A DNA stretch of 64,000 nt from Raillietiella orientalis (lineage: Eukaryota). The stretch's first letter is position 1. The number at the start of each line of letters is the position of its first letter. A program made the translations under genes and the position numbers. This document shows positions 14,451 to 25,468 of this stretch, piece by piece. Below the pieces are notes generated by a model. The model was not told the origin of the DNA and did not search any database. It was given only the letters and a program-made list of their open reading frames with translations. The stretch spans positions 6,696,001 through 6,760,000 of the forward strand of contig JAYWIR010000002.1 in assembly GCA_036172245.1 (NCBI GenBank). The letters are read 5' to 3'.

Positions 14451-14819
14451 TTACCGGGGGAACGATGGTTTTATTTTATTTTTATTCTTTTCTCTCCTAC
14501 CCCTAAGGATAAGTCGATGGCAATCCCTCCAAAGAGAGGCCTCGTTTTCGTGTCCAGAGACGCCGCGGTGCCCGAATCGCCAAAGTTCTGCACTGTCCAC
14601 GCGACCTGGAGTGAAATCCTGTCCTATTGTCTTTCGAACATACAGTGGTACATCGGTATTCGTACGTAATTCGTTCCGTAACTCGTGACGAGTGTCGAAA
14701 CCGACGAGTACCGAACGTGTTCCTTTCTAGGCTCCGTGGTATCATTTTTAACCAGTTTAGAACCCAGGATGAACGCTCAAAATGCACAGACAGCATAAAA
14801 AAGGAAAACGATTCGGGAG

Positions 14820-15520
14820 GCACTCTATGGAAGTATTAATTGGCACTGTTCGTGAGCTACCGTGAGACGAAAGCGTTTCATCATGAGTGGCATGTCGATT
14901 TCCGAGCATGCGACGACTGTCGAAACTTTTTTCTCGTCAAAATGCGAAGAGTACCGAGTCTGACGAGTTCCGGCACCGTCGAGCAGCGAGGCACCCCTGT
15001 ATTCAGTAGGTTCGCGGATGACAAGCTCCGGACCATCCCGCACGAAATCACGCGTGGACCCGACGAGATCGTCCACGCGTGATTTCGTGTGGATCTTCCA
15101 AAGCAGTCGAGATAATTTGTAGGGAAGCTGCGCTCGAAAACCGGCGTGCCCACTGCAATCGCAGCGCTCCCCGAACGGGTCGCGTTCGAGGCAGAAGAGG
15201 AAAAATCACGGGGCCATGCTATTGAGCGAAAACCTCAAGGAACGAAGCCCCACGCAAACAGCTAGCTACTACACGCGTGGGGGAAAGGAACGGCTACTAT
15301 GCCAGGCGCACCTATGCACGACAACCCTTAACAGGAAGCGCATCCTCTGCCGAGAACGGAGAGTAAACGAGAGCAGGGGGAAGGGAAGGGGTCCACAGGG
15401 GAAAAAAATCAGGAAGCTCCTCCGGAAATACCGTGAAGGAGGTCACGACACCGCTCGTTACAGAAGGCGGTGGCTCCGTCGATAGAGGAAGACGTGCAGC
15501 AGGTCCTCGTGAACTCGGCG
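14820..15520 (+). mobile_element. Decayed LTR-retrotransposon integrase fragment
   Basis: EWHVDF...NFFLV...RGPDEIV (ORF 14840-15082) and RKLLRKYREG resemble the gypsy integrase core and GPY/F region; very degenerate. Confidence 0.35.
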
Positions 15521-15575
15521 CTACGTCTCTTGCGTAGGTTCAGCTCCGGGATGAAGAACGAAGCAGTCCAGTGCG

Positions 15576-15777
15576 TCCAGGTCAACTGGCAGCGATCGAA
15601 TGTCCACCTTCGCAGGAACGCAAAGGGAAGAGAGGCATTTTAACATGGCGCGGCGCGGTGCCGTAAGCGTGGTTGGTCCACACACTCTCCGCGGGAAACG
15701 CGGCAGAGGAAGACTGTGTCTTGGGAGGGTCTGCCGCGTTCTACTTGCGAATTCTCCTTCAAGAAAGAATCCTTGAA
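15576..15777 (+). repeat. ~200-bp direct repeat, copy 1 (partner 18351-18553)
   Basis: Direct alignment by eye (AACTGGCAGCGAT...GAATTCTCCTTCAAG) with only a few substitutions and one indel; ORFs at 15673 and 18449 start almost identically. Confidence 0.92.
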
Positions 15778-15799
15778 GTCGTCCTCAGACAGGCAGACA

Positions 15800-16435
15800 G
15801 GCCACATCTTTGGACCATGCGTAAGGACGAGCGAAGAAGTGAATTGTTCATTACTAGGTAAATACCGGTCATTAGAATTAATGAAGTCAAGTCCCTGGGG
15901 AGAATCCTGGGGTTACCTCCAAAGCCTTTAGCAGCCACGACCTTGCCTTGGAGCTCAAAGAGATATTGAGGTAATTCAGCTGTAGCTGAAACACCGACAC
16001 GTTTTGACCGTTCAGAGCATCGCGGGAGGTGCCGTAGAGGTCTAATGCGACCCCTCCCTAAGTGGATCGCATTCCTCCCCGAACTTTCAGCAGTGAGCAG
16101 CATCCCCTTCGTGTAGACCCGCCGGCAATCAAGTAGTCCGACTTGACCGACCTCGCCATGACGTACTTGTGCTTGCCCTGCGACTTGGCGACCCTACCAA
16201 CAAAGAGTCGACCCACGCTCGGCGCACTCAAGGACTGCTGGCCTAAGGGCAAGAGATTTCAAAAGTCATCGAGCCCCCAGGAGAGGAGATCCTCCCGGGT
16301 CTGCGCTCGAAAAGACAAACAGGTTGTGCTCAGCAGTGAGCACCGCGAACCTGCTGTCGGAGGCGAGCAGACAGCCCGAGGACCCTTCACGACCAGAGAA
16401 ATCAAGTTCTCTGTCGAAGAGCTCAAAAGCTAAAT
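15800..16435 (+). mobile_element. Decayed LINE ORF2 fragment truncated by the duplicated block at 16441
   Basis: GPFTTREIKFSVEEL (ORF 16143-16433) resembles the PFTxxEIxxxI motif that precedes the L1-type RT domain. Confidence 0.35.
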
Positions 16436-16440
16436 CGCAG

Positions 16441-17875
16441 CGCGTGCAGACGCGCTGCTGAAGAGCTTCCTCGACCTCATGCTCCCAACCCTCTACCCTT
16501 GTTGCACAAATCTGCACCGCTGGATCCGGGAGACAGGCTGAGTGCCCAACTCCCTCCCACCGGACACGGTTCGCGTTCCCTAGCAAAAAGCACATGACCT
16601 GCTGCGCTGCCCCAGCAACTCGTCGCCCGCCACGCTTGAGAACGAAGCCTTCCGAGGTCCCCGGCGCGGGAAGCAGGTGCGTGAAGCAGCCCCACTCGTT
16701 CTGCTCGGAACGCAACTACGCGGCATGCGGGCGGACCGTGCGTCTCGGTTCGTCCCCTCCCCCATCCCCGGTCCAGGGTGCCGGAGACCTACAGCCGCTT
16801 TCGGAAACGCAATGCGCCGCCATCCGCACGGGAACCTCTCACAGGAGAGGGTAACCCGCGACAAGGGAGCGCAGCAGCGACCACCAGCAGCTCCCGTCCA
16901 CGCTGTCGCCCGTGTGTCCTCGCTTTCCCGCTTGCTCCCCTACGCGTGCCGTGCCGACGCCGAGCGACGATCCTCCCGTCTCTCTCAGCGACCTGCCCTT
17001 CCGCAGCATAAGGGTCACAAACGACAGCACAGCGACATGTCCTCAGACTGCTCTCCTTGAGGCGCCGCCGAACGTCCACCTCTGGGTCCACCCCTCCCGT
17101 GCACGCTCACTGGAGAGGAGACCTACGCCGACGGATTCCCACTGAATTCGGTTGCCCACCAGGAAGCCGTCCATCCGCACCACCGGAAGAAGCCGCGGAT
17201 CGTGGCGTTGCGTTCGTCGCTGGAGACTCTGCACTCGTTCGGAAAGAACCCTGGATTCCTCCTCCCAGAGGGGCTCTTTCGCGGCAGGAAACCCCCTGCA
17301 GGTGGGGTGGCGGGCCGCGTGCATCATCTTCCTCGCGTCCCTTTTCGGGACCCTCTTCTTTGTTTTCTCCGGTTGGACGCGCCTCATCAGCTCGCCGGTC
17401 GGGCGCCAAGTCCCTGATGACTCACTGAAATCCGAGGTGCCGTCAACGAACCCGGTTTGCCCTCCCCCTGCCCACCTACAGGCCCGATCTTGTCATCCGC
17501 CGATCGGATGCAGGCGAAAGCGTCGTTAATCGCATCCATGGGGACGAAGTGAGGCGCTCGTTGCGATCTCCCTCGGCGCCTCCTCCGAGGGATGTGCGCC
17601 CTCCTCAGGAGAGGGCGCGACTTGGGTCGTCGCTCCGTCCGACTGCTGTGCTGCTTTGCCCCAGGCCGCTTTGCCCGCCCACCGAACCGGAAGGCTTGGC
17701 GACGGAAACGCGGACGCGCCGAAACAGACCAACAGCCTACGGCAACAGCTCCGTCAGCCTCCTGGAGAAACCCTGGGTCAAGGAGATGGAAGCCATGCTG
17801 ACCTCTTCCCGACCGCGTTTCGCGGCGCCACGGAACGCCTCCTCTAGCATCACCAAAAGCAGGAAGATCCTCCTG
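16441..17875 (+). repeat. Block A copy 1: 1435-bp near-identical duplication of 25469-26903; content is a decayed gypsy protease-RT fragment on the minus strand
   Basis: Constant offset of 9028 across matching ORFs, with a handful of substitutions. Minus-strand remnants HLLDPG (protease LLDTG-like), LLPVVRMDG, FVTLMLRKG, ERFPCGW and CLPDP occur in RT order. Confidence 0.95.
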
Positions 17876-18350
17876 AAGAGTGAAGCGAAGCTGTTGTCTG
17901 AAGGAGGGCAACGAAGCAAGTGTGCTTCGGGTTTGCGAAAGAAGCCGCGGCAAAAGATCTTGCGTGAAGGCTCACGGAGGTCGAACGAGTTTCTCGCTGT
18001 TTTCTGTCAGGACTTCAAGATTCCGGGCTTCCCGGCGGACGCCCCTGTCCTCCCTCTTCGTCAGCAATCGCGCTCTGGACCCACCCTTTAATGGCTAACG
18101 TCACTCCTCCTCAGTTGGGCGAGACAGAAGGGAGCGATGGAAACGCATCTCTCAAATATCGCAGCTGCCGTCCGAAAATGAGGAAGACGGAGAAAGCAGA
18201 TGACTTGGTCATTTGTTTGAATTTCCAATTTCTGTAGTACTCTGTCTGCTACGCGGCAGCTGGTTGCTTAGCTGCGGTGCCATTCGGAGCGAATTCGTTC
18301 CGTGGAGGAGGCAGCAAACGAAGTTCGAACAGACTGTGTTGCCATGAGCA

Positions 18351-18553
18351 TCCAGGCCAACTGGCAGCGATGCAAATGTCCACCTTCGCAGGAACGCAAA
18401 GGGAAGAGAGGCATTTTAACATGGCGCGGCGCGGCGCCGTAAGCGTGGTTGGTCCACACACTCTCCGCGGGAAACGCGCCAGAGGAAGACCGTGTCTTGG
18501 GAGGGTCTGCCGCGTTCTACTTGCGAATTCTCCTTCAAGTAAGAATCCATGAA
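18351..18553 (+). repeat. ~200-bp direct repeat, copy 2 (partner 15576-15777)
   Basis: Direct alignment with copy 1. Confidence 0.92.
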
Positions 18554-19249
18554 ACCCTCGGATCCACGGAAAGCTGCGCGCAAGAACTGGCAAAGGCCAG
18601 TCGGTGCGGGAAAGAGGGTGAAACGCAAGGTGAACGCGCTGATGCTGGAGGTGGGCTGCCGAGAGCAAATGGGCAAATGAGATTCGCTCAAAGCGGAACT
18701 CTGATGCGCGGAGGAGGAGGGATCCGGTTGGCGGGAATTTGAATGGCGAGAACGCTCTTCTTTGCAGAGGTCCACCGCCTCGACGCAAAGAGCAATGGGA
18801 GCTCGGGAAAGTCCCCGCTTCGAGTGAGGTCCACTTACCTTTCCGAAAGGTAAGCTGCCGATTTCTCACAAATTCCTGGAAGCAGGCAAGTGGAGATCGG
18901 TTGCGCACGCGCAGCAGCAGCTTGAAAGAAAAACTGCTTTCCCTTCTTTCGTTTCCTTTCCTTTTTTTTTTTTTTTGCCGTTTTCTTCACGTGTTGCACA
19001 CGGTGATGGGAAAGAAAGGAGGCGGGAGGTGGAAAGCTCGCGAGCTCAAAAATCTCGTGTGGATTCATTTTGAGCTCCTCAAACTCGGCATTTATCGACT
19101 ACGGGAGAGCTTTCGCGAGCCAGTCGCGCCTGAGAGGACATCGGGCCGGCTGGGATTGCGGTTCCTGGGACGACCGTCGTGCGAGCGGTACCCGAAATGC
19201 CCGTGCATTTAGGCAGCCCCAGATCCAGGACCACCACAAAAAACGAACA

Positions 19250-19705
19250 CGCATACTTATTCCCGATACATGTTCACATATAGATTAGTAGGTAGATTAA
19301 GAAATGTGCTCTCAAGAGTATGCAGAAAATACACATATTTTTGTTGCCTATACTGATGTATACGTTTATATGCAAATTAATGTATATTATACAGATCACA
19401 AAAAATAAATGTACATGCCTATTACAACAGATTCATGTACGAATTTATTTTTTACATACCTAAATATTTATAAACATGCATATTAACATAATTAACAATT
19501 TGTATTACTACTTTATCACTACGTATTAAGGATTAATGATATGAATGAATACCATTAGGGATATCAATACGTGTCAATGATTACATCAAAAGCATGTACG
19601 TGAATAAATATCAATAAGTACTCATGTTGAAACCAATTTGCATGCTAATCTAGATTCAGATATATGTATTAGTATATATAATAAACGTGGATATTTATTT
19701 CGTAA
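19250..19705. other. Sharply bounded AT-rich island
   Basis: About 450 bp of TA/AT-rich sequence with no ORF, between GC-richer flanks. Confidence 0.7.
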
Positions 19706-19869
19706 GATAGTTCGGGATTTCGATCGACTCGAGAGAAAATGCGGGGGCTTTTTCATTTCGCCGAAAACGCGTGGTCCAAAATTTCGCTGCCAGGTGATGC
19801 TTTGATCTGTTTCTTCTTCAAAAGGCCCGCTCCTGCTACTCAGGGTACCCTTTGAGGTGATCAGCGATC

Positions 19870-21340
19870 ACGATGCAGCAGGAGCTTGGAGTATCCAAGG
19901 TTACGGAATGGAAGCAAAGAAGCTTGGAGAAAAGTCTCATAGTTCTGGAAATTTCCACCGGGCGTTTCTCGGAGATCAGTCTCTTCTGAAAGAATTAAAG
20001 ATGGTGGGCACGAGATAGGAATTCCCAAAGGACAATGCCTTCCGTAGAGCATTGAATTGAAGTCTTTAATCCAAAAAAAGCCATAGAAAGTGTAAAGGTA
20101 TTTTGATGTGAAAGACTTAACCGACACTAAGATTCATTCGTTCACCGAAATTCTTAAAGGACCATAATTGCTACCATTATGATTGAAGAAAGCCTGTTCT
20201 CTCTTTCGCAATAAAGTGCGGATGAAGAAATGATGTCTGAGGAGCAAAATGAGCGGAGACAAAATCCGACCAAAGATTGAGGGTTGCAGGGGATGCTGCG
20301 GTAAGCAGTGAAGGAGGACCTTTAATGCTGGAGGCATTATGCTAGTCTCTCTGAGTGTATGTTGTCCGATCTTCGTAGTTTTGGGCATCCTTCTCGTTCC
20401 GGACAACGCTGAATCACCAGGGGAAGTCTCCGCTTCGGTTCCATCGAAGAAAGCGGCGGCGAAGACCGTAAGGAATCGCCTTGACGTGCACTGCGTGTCC
20501 AAACTGTGTGAAACCGGATTCCTCTCACTTCGAAATATGGCGGAATCAGCGGTGATTTAATGACGCCACAGTCAAATGTGCAGCCCTTCGGTCTTTGTGG
20601 AACTCACGCAGTCTTTCTTGTGGCTCGAGACGAGCTCTTGGTCGGCGCTCCTGCTGGAAGCGATTCCTGGAAGCTTAGCTTTTGCTTTCAGATCTTCGTT
20701 CCTCGCAGCGAACTACTGCCATGCGTCTTTCTGGGAGCTGTACACTACAAGGAAACGTCTCGCGCCAAACGCGTGGCTTTCCCGCCGAGGAACAAGCTAT
20801 CAACTTTCCACGTTCTTCCCCAGAACTGTGGAATCGTGGTTCTCCTGCCATTTCCCACTGAAGGCATAGCCAGGATGGAGCTCAATTACTTTTCCCCAAA
20901 TGACACCTCTGCGATTCTTTCCCGCTGCGTGATCAACGATGCCCAGGGCCATAATCACTGGTTCGTTGCTACCTGAATTTTGGACGTTTATGAATCTCAC
21001 GACTTCACCCCTTTCGAGCTTTTCAAATATCCCTCTAAGAAGGGTTGCATTGCCTTTCCTCTCTGGTGAAATATGGGCATCTTCGCTTTTCACGGCTATG
21101 AATATGGGTAATGCAAGGGCCTCGCCCAGAGACCATGTCTCTGGCGCGAACGAAAAGCCACCTAAGCTCCTCCTTAGCCTCCCCACCTGGCTAATGTTCT
21201 CATCCCCAACCCATCCACTGGCTCTCCGAGTTCCTAGGAGAACGTCGTTCTCAGGAATCGCTCTTTCATTTCCGGGAACTCGGAGAATACTTCGGACAGG
21301 TCTGATACCTGTTCCAAGTACGAGTGGAACTCTCATGCTT
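19870..21340 (-). mobile_element. Decayed LINE ORF2 relic (APE endonuclease plus partial RT)
   Basis: RFINVQNS (RLxNVYAP-like, ORF 20800-21336), REQAFFNHN (DQEKAFDRVxH-like, ORF 20134-20502) and GIPISCPPSLIL (GxxQGCPLSP-like, ORF 19861-20127) in the expected order. Confidence 0.5.
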
Positions 21341-22299
21341 CAGCTGAGTCAACCCCGATGACGGCCGTCTCGATGTCAAGCAGGCGTGGAAATCTCTGCG
21401 CTTCCAACGCCAGATAAGCGTTCGAGTTACCCGTGTCACTGGCGAACCGAGATGCTGTTTAAATCACGGCAGCTCGGTCGAGATTGCATCTCTTGGCAGC
21501 AGATGCCACTGTCGCGCGATCACGGGTTCCCTCTAGATTTGCACCACTACGAAAACATTTCTCTTGGCTGGTAGAAAGTACCTTCAGTGTCCGATTTCAG
21601 CGATCAGCGAACACGAAACGGGGCACTCGTTTGCCACCAGCCGCCGCCACTCAATGCCTCACCGAAAGGAGACAGCGAGTGAATAGAGGAAACCGAATAT
21701 TGAGATCTTCACGCCGGGAATCCCTAGTGAAAGGAGGGAGAGAAAACTTACATTAAGCTGTGTATGTTACAGAGAAATCTCAGGCGTGCTCAGTTTATGG
21801 ATCTCTAGCACTTAGTTTCAGTTGTGCTCTCAACTAGTCCAAAATGTGTTTTTTTTTTTGTTGTTTTCGGATTGGATTCATAGATGGCTCTAGTTGGAGG
21901 TTTCCTTTTTTTTTTTTCCCCTTTTTATCGTGGTGCTTTTTTGTTCGTTGCACCCACTCTCGAGAGGGACTGTGTGTGTGCAATGCCTGCGCGTGTTTAC
22001 AGCACGCCTTCTACCAACCGCGAAACTCTTGACCCACTGAGCACTGTCTTTCCCTACTGTCGTGTCTTTGCCACTGTCAAAACCGCCTGCCTCTCTGCTA
22101 CCCTTCTCAGGGGGCCCTTTCGAACCTTTTTCCCACGTTCCCAGGGTTCCAACGGCTGCTGAACCGAAAGCTACTGGTACAAAATGGTGATCCCTTCAAC
22201 CATTGAAAAAGAAGAAAAGGGGAAACTTCCGGGTTGCACAGCCCGCCAGACCTCGCATTTCCCAAGCAGCAGACGAAAACCCGTCGCGCGATTCGCGGA

Positions 22300-23160
22300 G
22301 TTTCAGCGGAGGTTCCTTTCGTCTTTGTGAAGCGACGCGCATTACCGCCGTCATCATCACCGCCTAATGTGCGACGGAGACGACGGAATCCAGGCGGGAG
22401 GACGGAAGGAAGCATCGGTGCGTTCTTTCCCCCTCCGGAGGGAGGACAACCGAAGTTGAGACTTCCGGCACACGCAAAAAAGGAAACCAGCCTGCGCCCT
22501 CGTGCTCTCGGTAACTCGCTCGCTCTCTTCGCGAGAAAGAGCCGTGAGGGGGGCGCGCGGTAATGAACCAAGGACAAGCAGTCACATTGACTTTTCTTGG
22601 TGCAGACCTGGAACAATGAGCGCGCTCTCTCGCATCTTCGCTTTCCGGAAGATCCCGCCGCCATCTTCCAAGGTTTCCCGTGTCTTCGCTGGTGTCGCCT
22701 TTTGCGCGCGCGCGCACGCGGCAGGGGCATCACCCGTTCTCCCGGCTGCCGCCGCAAAAGGCACGATTTCGCCTCGGAGACCGCAACTTCCTGCAGTGGA
22801 GGGGAAGCCGCGCGTCGGCACGCCGGGATGCCTGGCTTCTTGCCGACGCTTCTCTCCCTCCACCGTGATCTCGAAGTGGTCAGGAGGACTGAACAGGGTC
22901 ACCCAGTCAACACGCGCTCGCTCGAAGAGAAGAGAGGGTTTCGCCGGACTCACGAACTCCACGACTGCGCACACTGTGAAGCGCATCGACGCGAGGTTTC
23001 GGCGCAGGGATCTGGAAATGCGCTTGTTGCCAATGGGTCCAACAAGGCGAAGGAGAGAGTCGTCCAGAGGGGGCGCTCCGGTGCGTCGAGGTGGGGTGCG
23101 TCGCCTGCGATTTCTACCCGATCCCGGCGTTGCGATCGCGATCTTCGATGCAGCACCACG
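22300..23160 (-). mobile_element. Decayed gypsy integrase fragment
   Basis: PAKPSLLFERARVDWVTLFSP in ORF 22582-23163 resembles PxxPFERVHVDFVGPLP. Confidence 0.45.
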
Positions 23161-23249
23161 CACTCCTCCAGCGTGGAAGGGTGGTCCCGAGACAGTCAGC
23201 GGGTCCTGTAGCGGCGGCGAGCAGCGAACGGTACCCGCAAACGTGGGTT

Positions 23250-24300
23250 GATACCCGGTTGCTCCGGGGCGTTTATTTATTCAGAACAAATAGGTCTGTG
23301 ACAGGACGGGTCCTGCCATGTCTCAAATTCAAGAAGAGGAACCTGCCGAGAACCCGCACGCAGGCCGACGAGGTTCGCCTCGGGAGAAGAGAGGGGGAGA
23401 GGGACAAACAAAAGGAAAAATAAAACAAAAGTATCTACGAAAAAAATGGGGAGAGCTCGGAAGGGATCACTGTGTGCTGACGGGTATCCTCTGCATCCTT
23501 GTAAGGATGCCGGCAAGTTCCTGTTTCGAAGCTCCCAGATGCAGTCATCTTCACTCTATCCTCATGAGGACAGAAAAATAGATGGCGTCCCTGTCGTTCT
23601 GGCCTCCTGTGGTGTTGCTCCATACAGCCACGATCCTGCGTAGACAACACAGTGCTGCTAAGGGTGCGGCCGGCGTGAGGGTGTCCCGCTGGAAGAAGCG
23701 CTTCACAATGTCTCTGGGGTTGCCCTCGGGTTACGCGGGAACGCGGCAAAACGTTCCCACAAAGGACGCAGGGCAACACAATCCACGAGCAGGTGCAGGA
23801 GGGATTCTTTCGCCGCACCTGCTGCAGTTGGTGCTCGCACTCCCCCGAGCTCAATGATATTCGGCGAGCGTTGCACGGGAGACCCTATTGCAACGGCAAG
23901 ATCGCCGACTTTTGCCACTTTACGGGGAGGGTTACACTGTCCCCACACTCTGGGGGCCACTGTACCTCCTCCGGTGGAATTCTTAGCAACTGTCCCCAGC
24001 GTAGCAGTCCTTTGGGTGGGATACTCTGGGTCGCAGCGTCCGTCAGCTCCCGAGTTGTCCACATAATTGGATGTTTTTCCCTATTATTAATTATGCATGT
24101 CACCCCCACTTTGCAGGAACGTCATTGTCTCTTGCTTCCCGTATGGAGGGCAGCACTCGAGCAAGGAGTGTGAACTATGACCAAAGCAGATTCCCGGCGT
24201 TACCCAGGATCTCCCTCAACGACAGACAAGCTCATCTGCTGCTCCGTAGGCAGGCATATTCTGCCCCGCTCGTGCCGTTGATTTTACCCCAACTGAGGGT
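23250..24300 (-). mobile_element. L1/Tx1-like LINE 3' fragment
   Basis: PPKGLLRWGQLLRIPPEEVQWPPEC and ESLLHLLVDCVALRPLW, clearly homologous to 32600-33070 (+). Ends in AATAAACGCCCCGG-stem-loop. Confidence 0.7.
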
Positions 24301-24379
24301 TCCCAATCGCCAATCGCTGCCGGTGGCAAATTCTCTAGCGACAAGGGGTGAACGTGCACTCCGTGGAGGACGCACCCAA

Positions 24380-25468
24380 CGCATCGTGCGGATGGCGGTG
24401 ACAAGAGAGCACGTCCGCAGCAGCGAGCGCGTGGGAAACCCGCCACAAGAACGGAATGCCGACGGAACCATCGTGAAGACAGACCCTGATTCAACCATGA
24501 AGATGCAGGTCGTCGGTGTTGCAGCAAGGAGAGAGATTTTTGCAGGTCGCACTGGTCTAGTGGAACACGTGGATTCCGCGTGTACACGGACCGTAGTGCC
24601 GTACGCAATCGGATTTTCCATATACATGGATCAAGAGGAGACGTCACAGACCCTGAATGAGAACGAGATGAATCCGAACGGACACGCGCAGGGTTTGATT
24701 GAAGAGACAGTGGCCATGGCGGCGTTCTTGTTCGGGGTCACGAGCCACAGTGGAAGAGATGGAACTTCGCCGGAGAGGCGAAAGACGCCGAGACACGAAA
24801 ATGAATGGGAAGATCGTGGAGGGGAATATCGGGAGAAGCACAGATCAGTTAAGGAAGAACCTCAACGAGAACTCTGTGGGACGACGCTCGCTCCGGAGAA
24901 TGGTCGGATGCTGCTGCAGGAAATTCGTAATGGCAGCCTTTGCCGACGAGAAAGCAGTCACCATGAGGCAGATTTGTATTGCGTCTGCATCCACCCTTGC
25001 AAGATGCAAGGCAGCGGGACACAGCAAACGAGACTGGAGAAGTACAAGCAATAGCAAAGGCAACAACCAGATGGAAAAGAAGCGGTCAACGACAGAGAAC
25101 CTCACTAAGGATACAGAGTTCACCGAGGTGGGGGGGCAGCGAAAACAGAAAACCAAGAACCATATCATGCGCACGACGTGTTCTGGACGCGCAAACAACT
25201 ATGCGCACACATCGTGACAGTCCAGGGGACACTGCAAATTCATTCCTAGCAAGATCAGAGAGGAGCGCAGCGATTCGGAAAAGTCGCACGATTGGATCCG
25301 CATTATCACGGATAAAGATAGGACGCTCTTCCCTCTCTTCCATCTCAGTCGATGAAGTGCTACCCCGCACAACCACAGCAGCCAGACTGGCCGAGAAAGA
25401 CGAGACCCGAACCAGCCAACCCACACAACGCCATCCGCAAAAGGAGGCTAGCAGAGAGCTCGAAACAA
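24380..25468 (+). mobile_element. Decayed gypsy RT fragment, truncated at block A copy 2
   Basis: ORF 24071-25054 contains NADGTIV...REIFAG...YMDQEETSQT...QGL...FLFGVTS, matching the spacing of the gypsy RT N-terminal half. Confidence 0.5.

Noticed and set aside
15576..18553. LTR pair of an intact LTR retrotransposon
   Set aside because: No TG...CA termini, primer-binding site, polypurine tract or TSD seen; the interior is a mix of LINE and antisense gypsy fragments.
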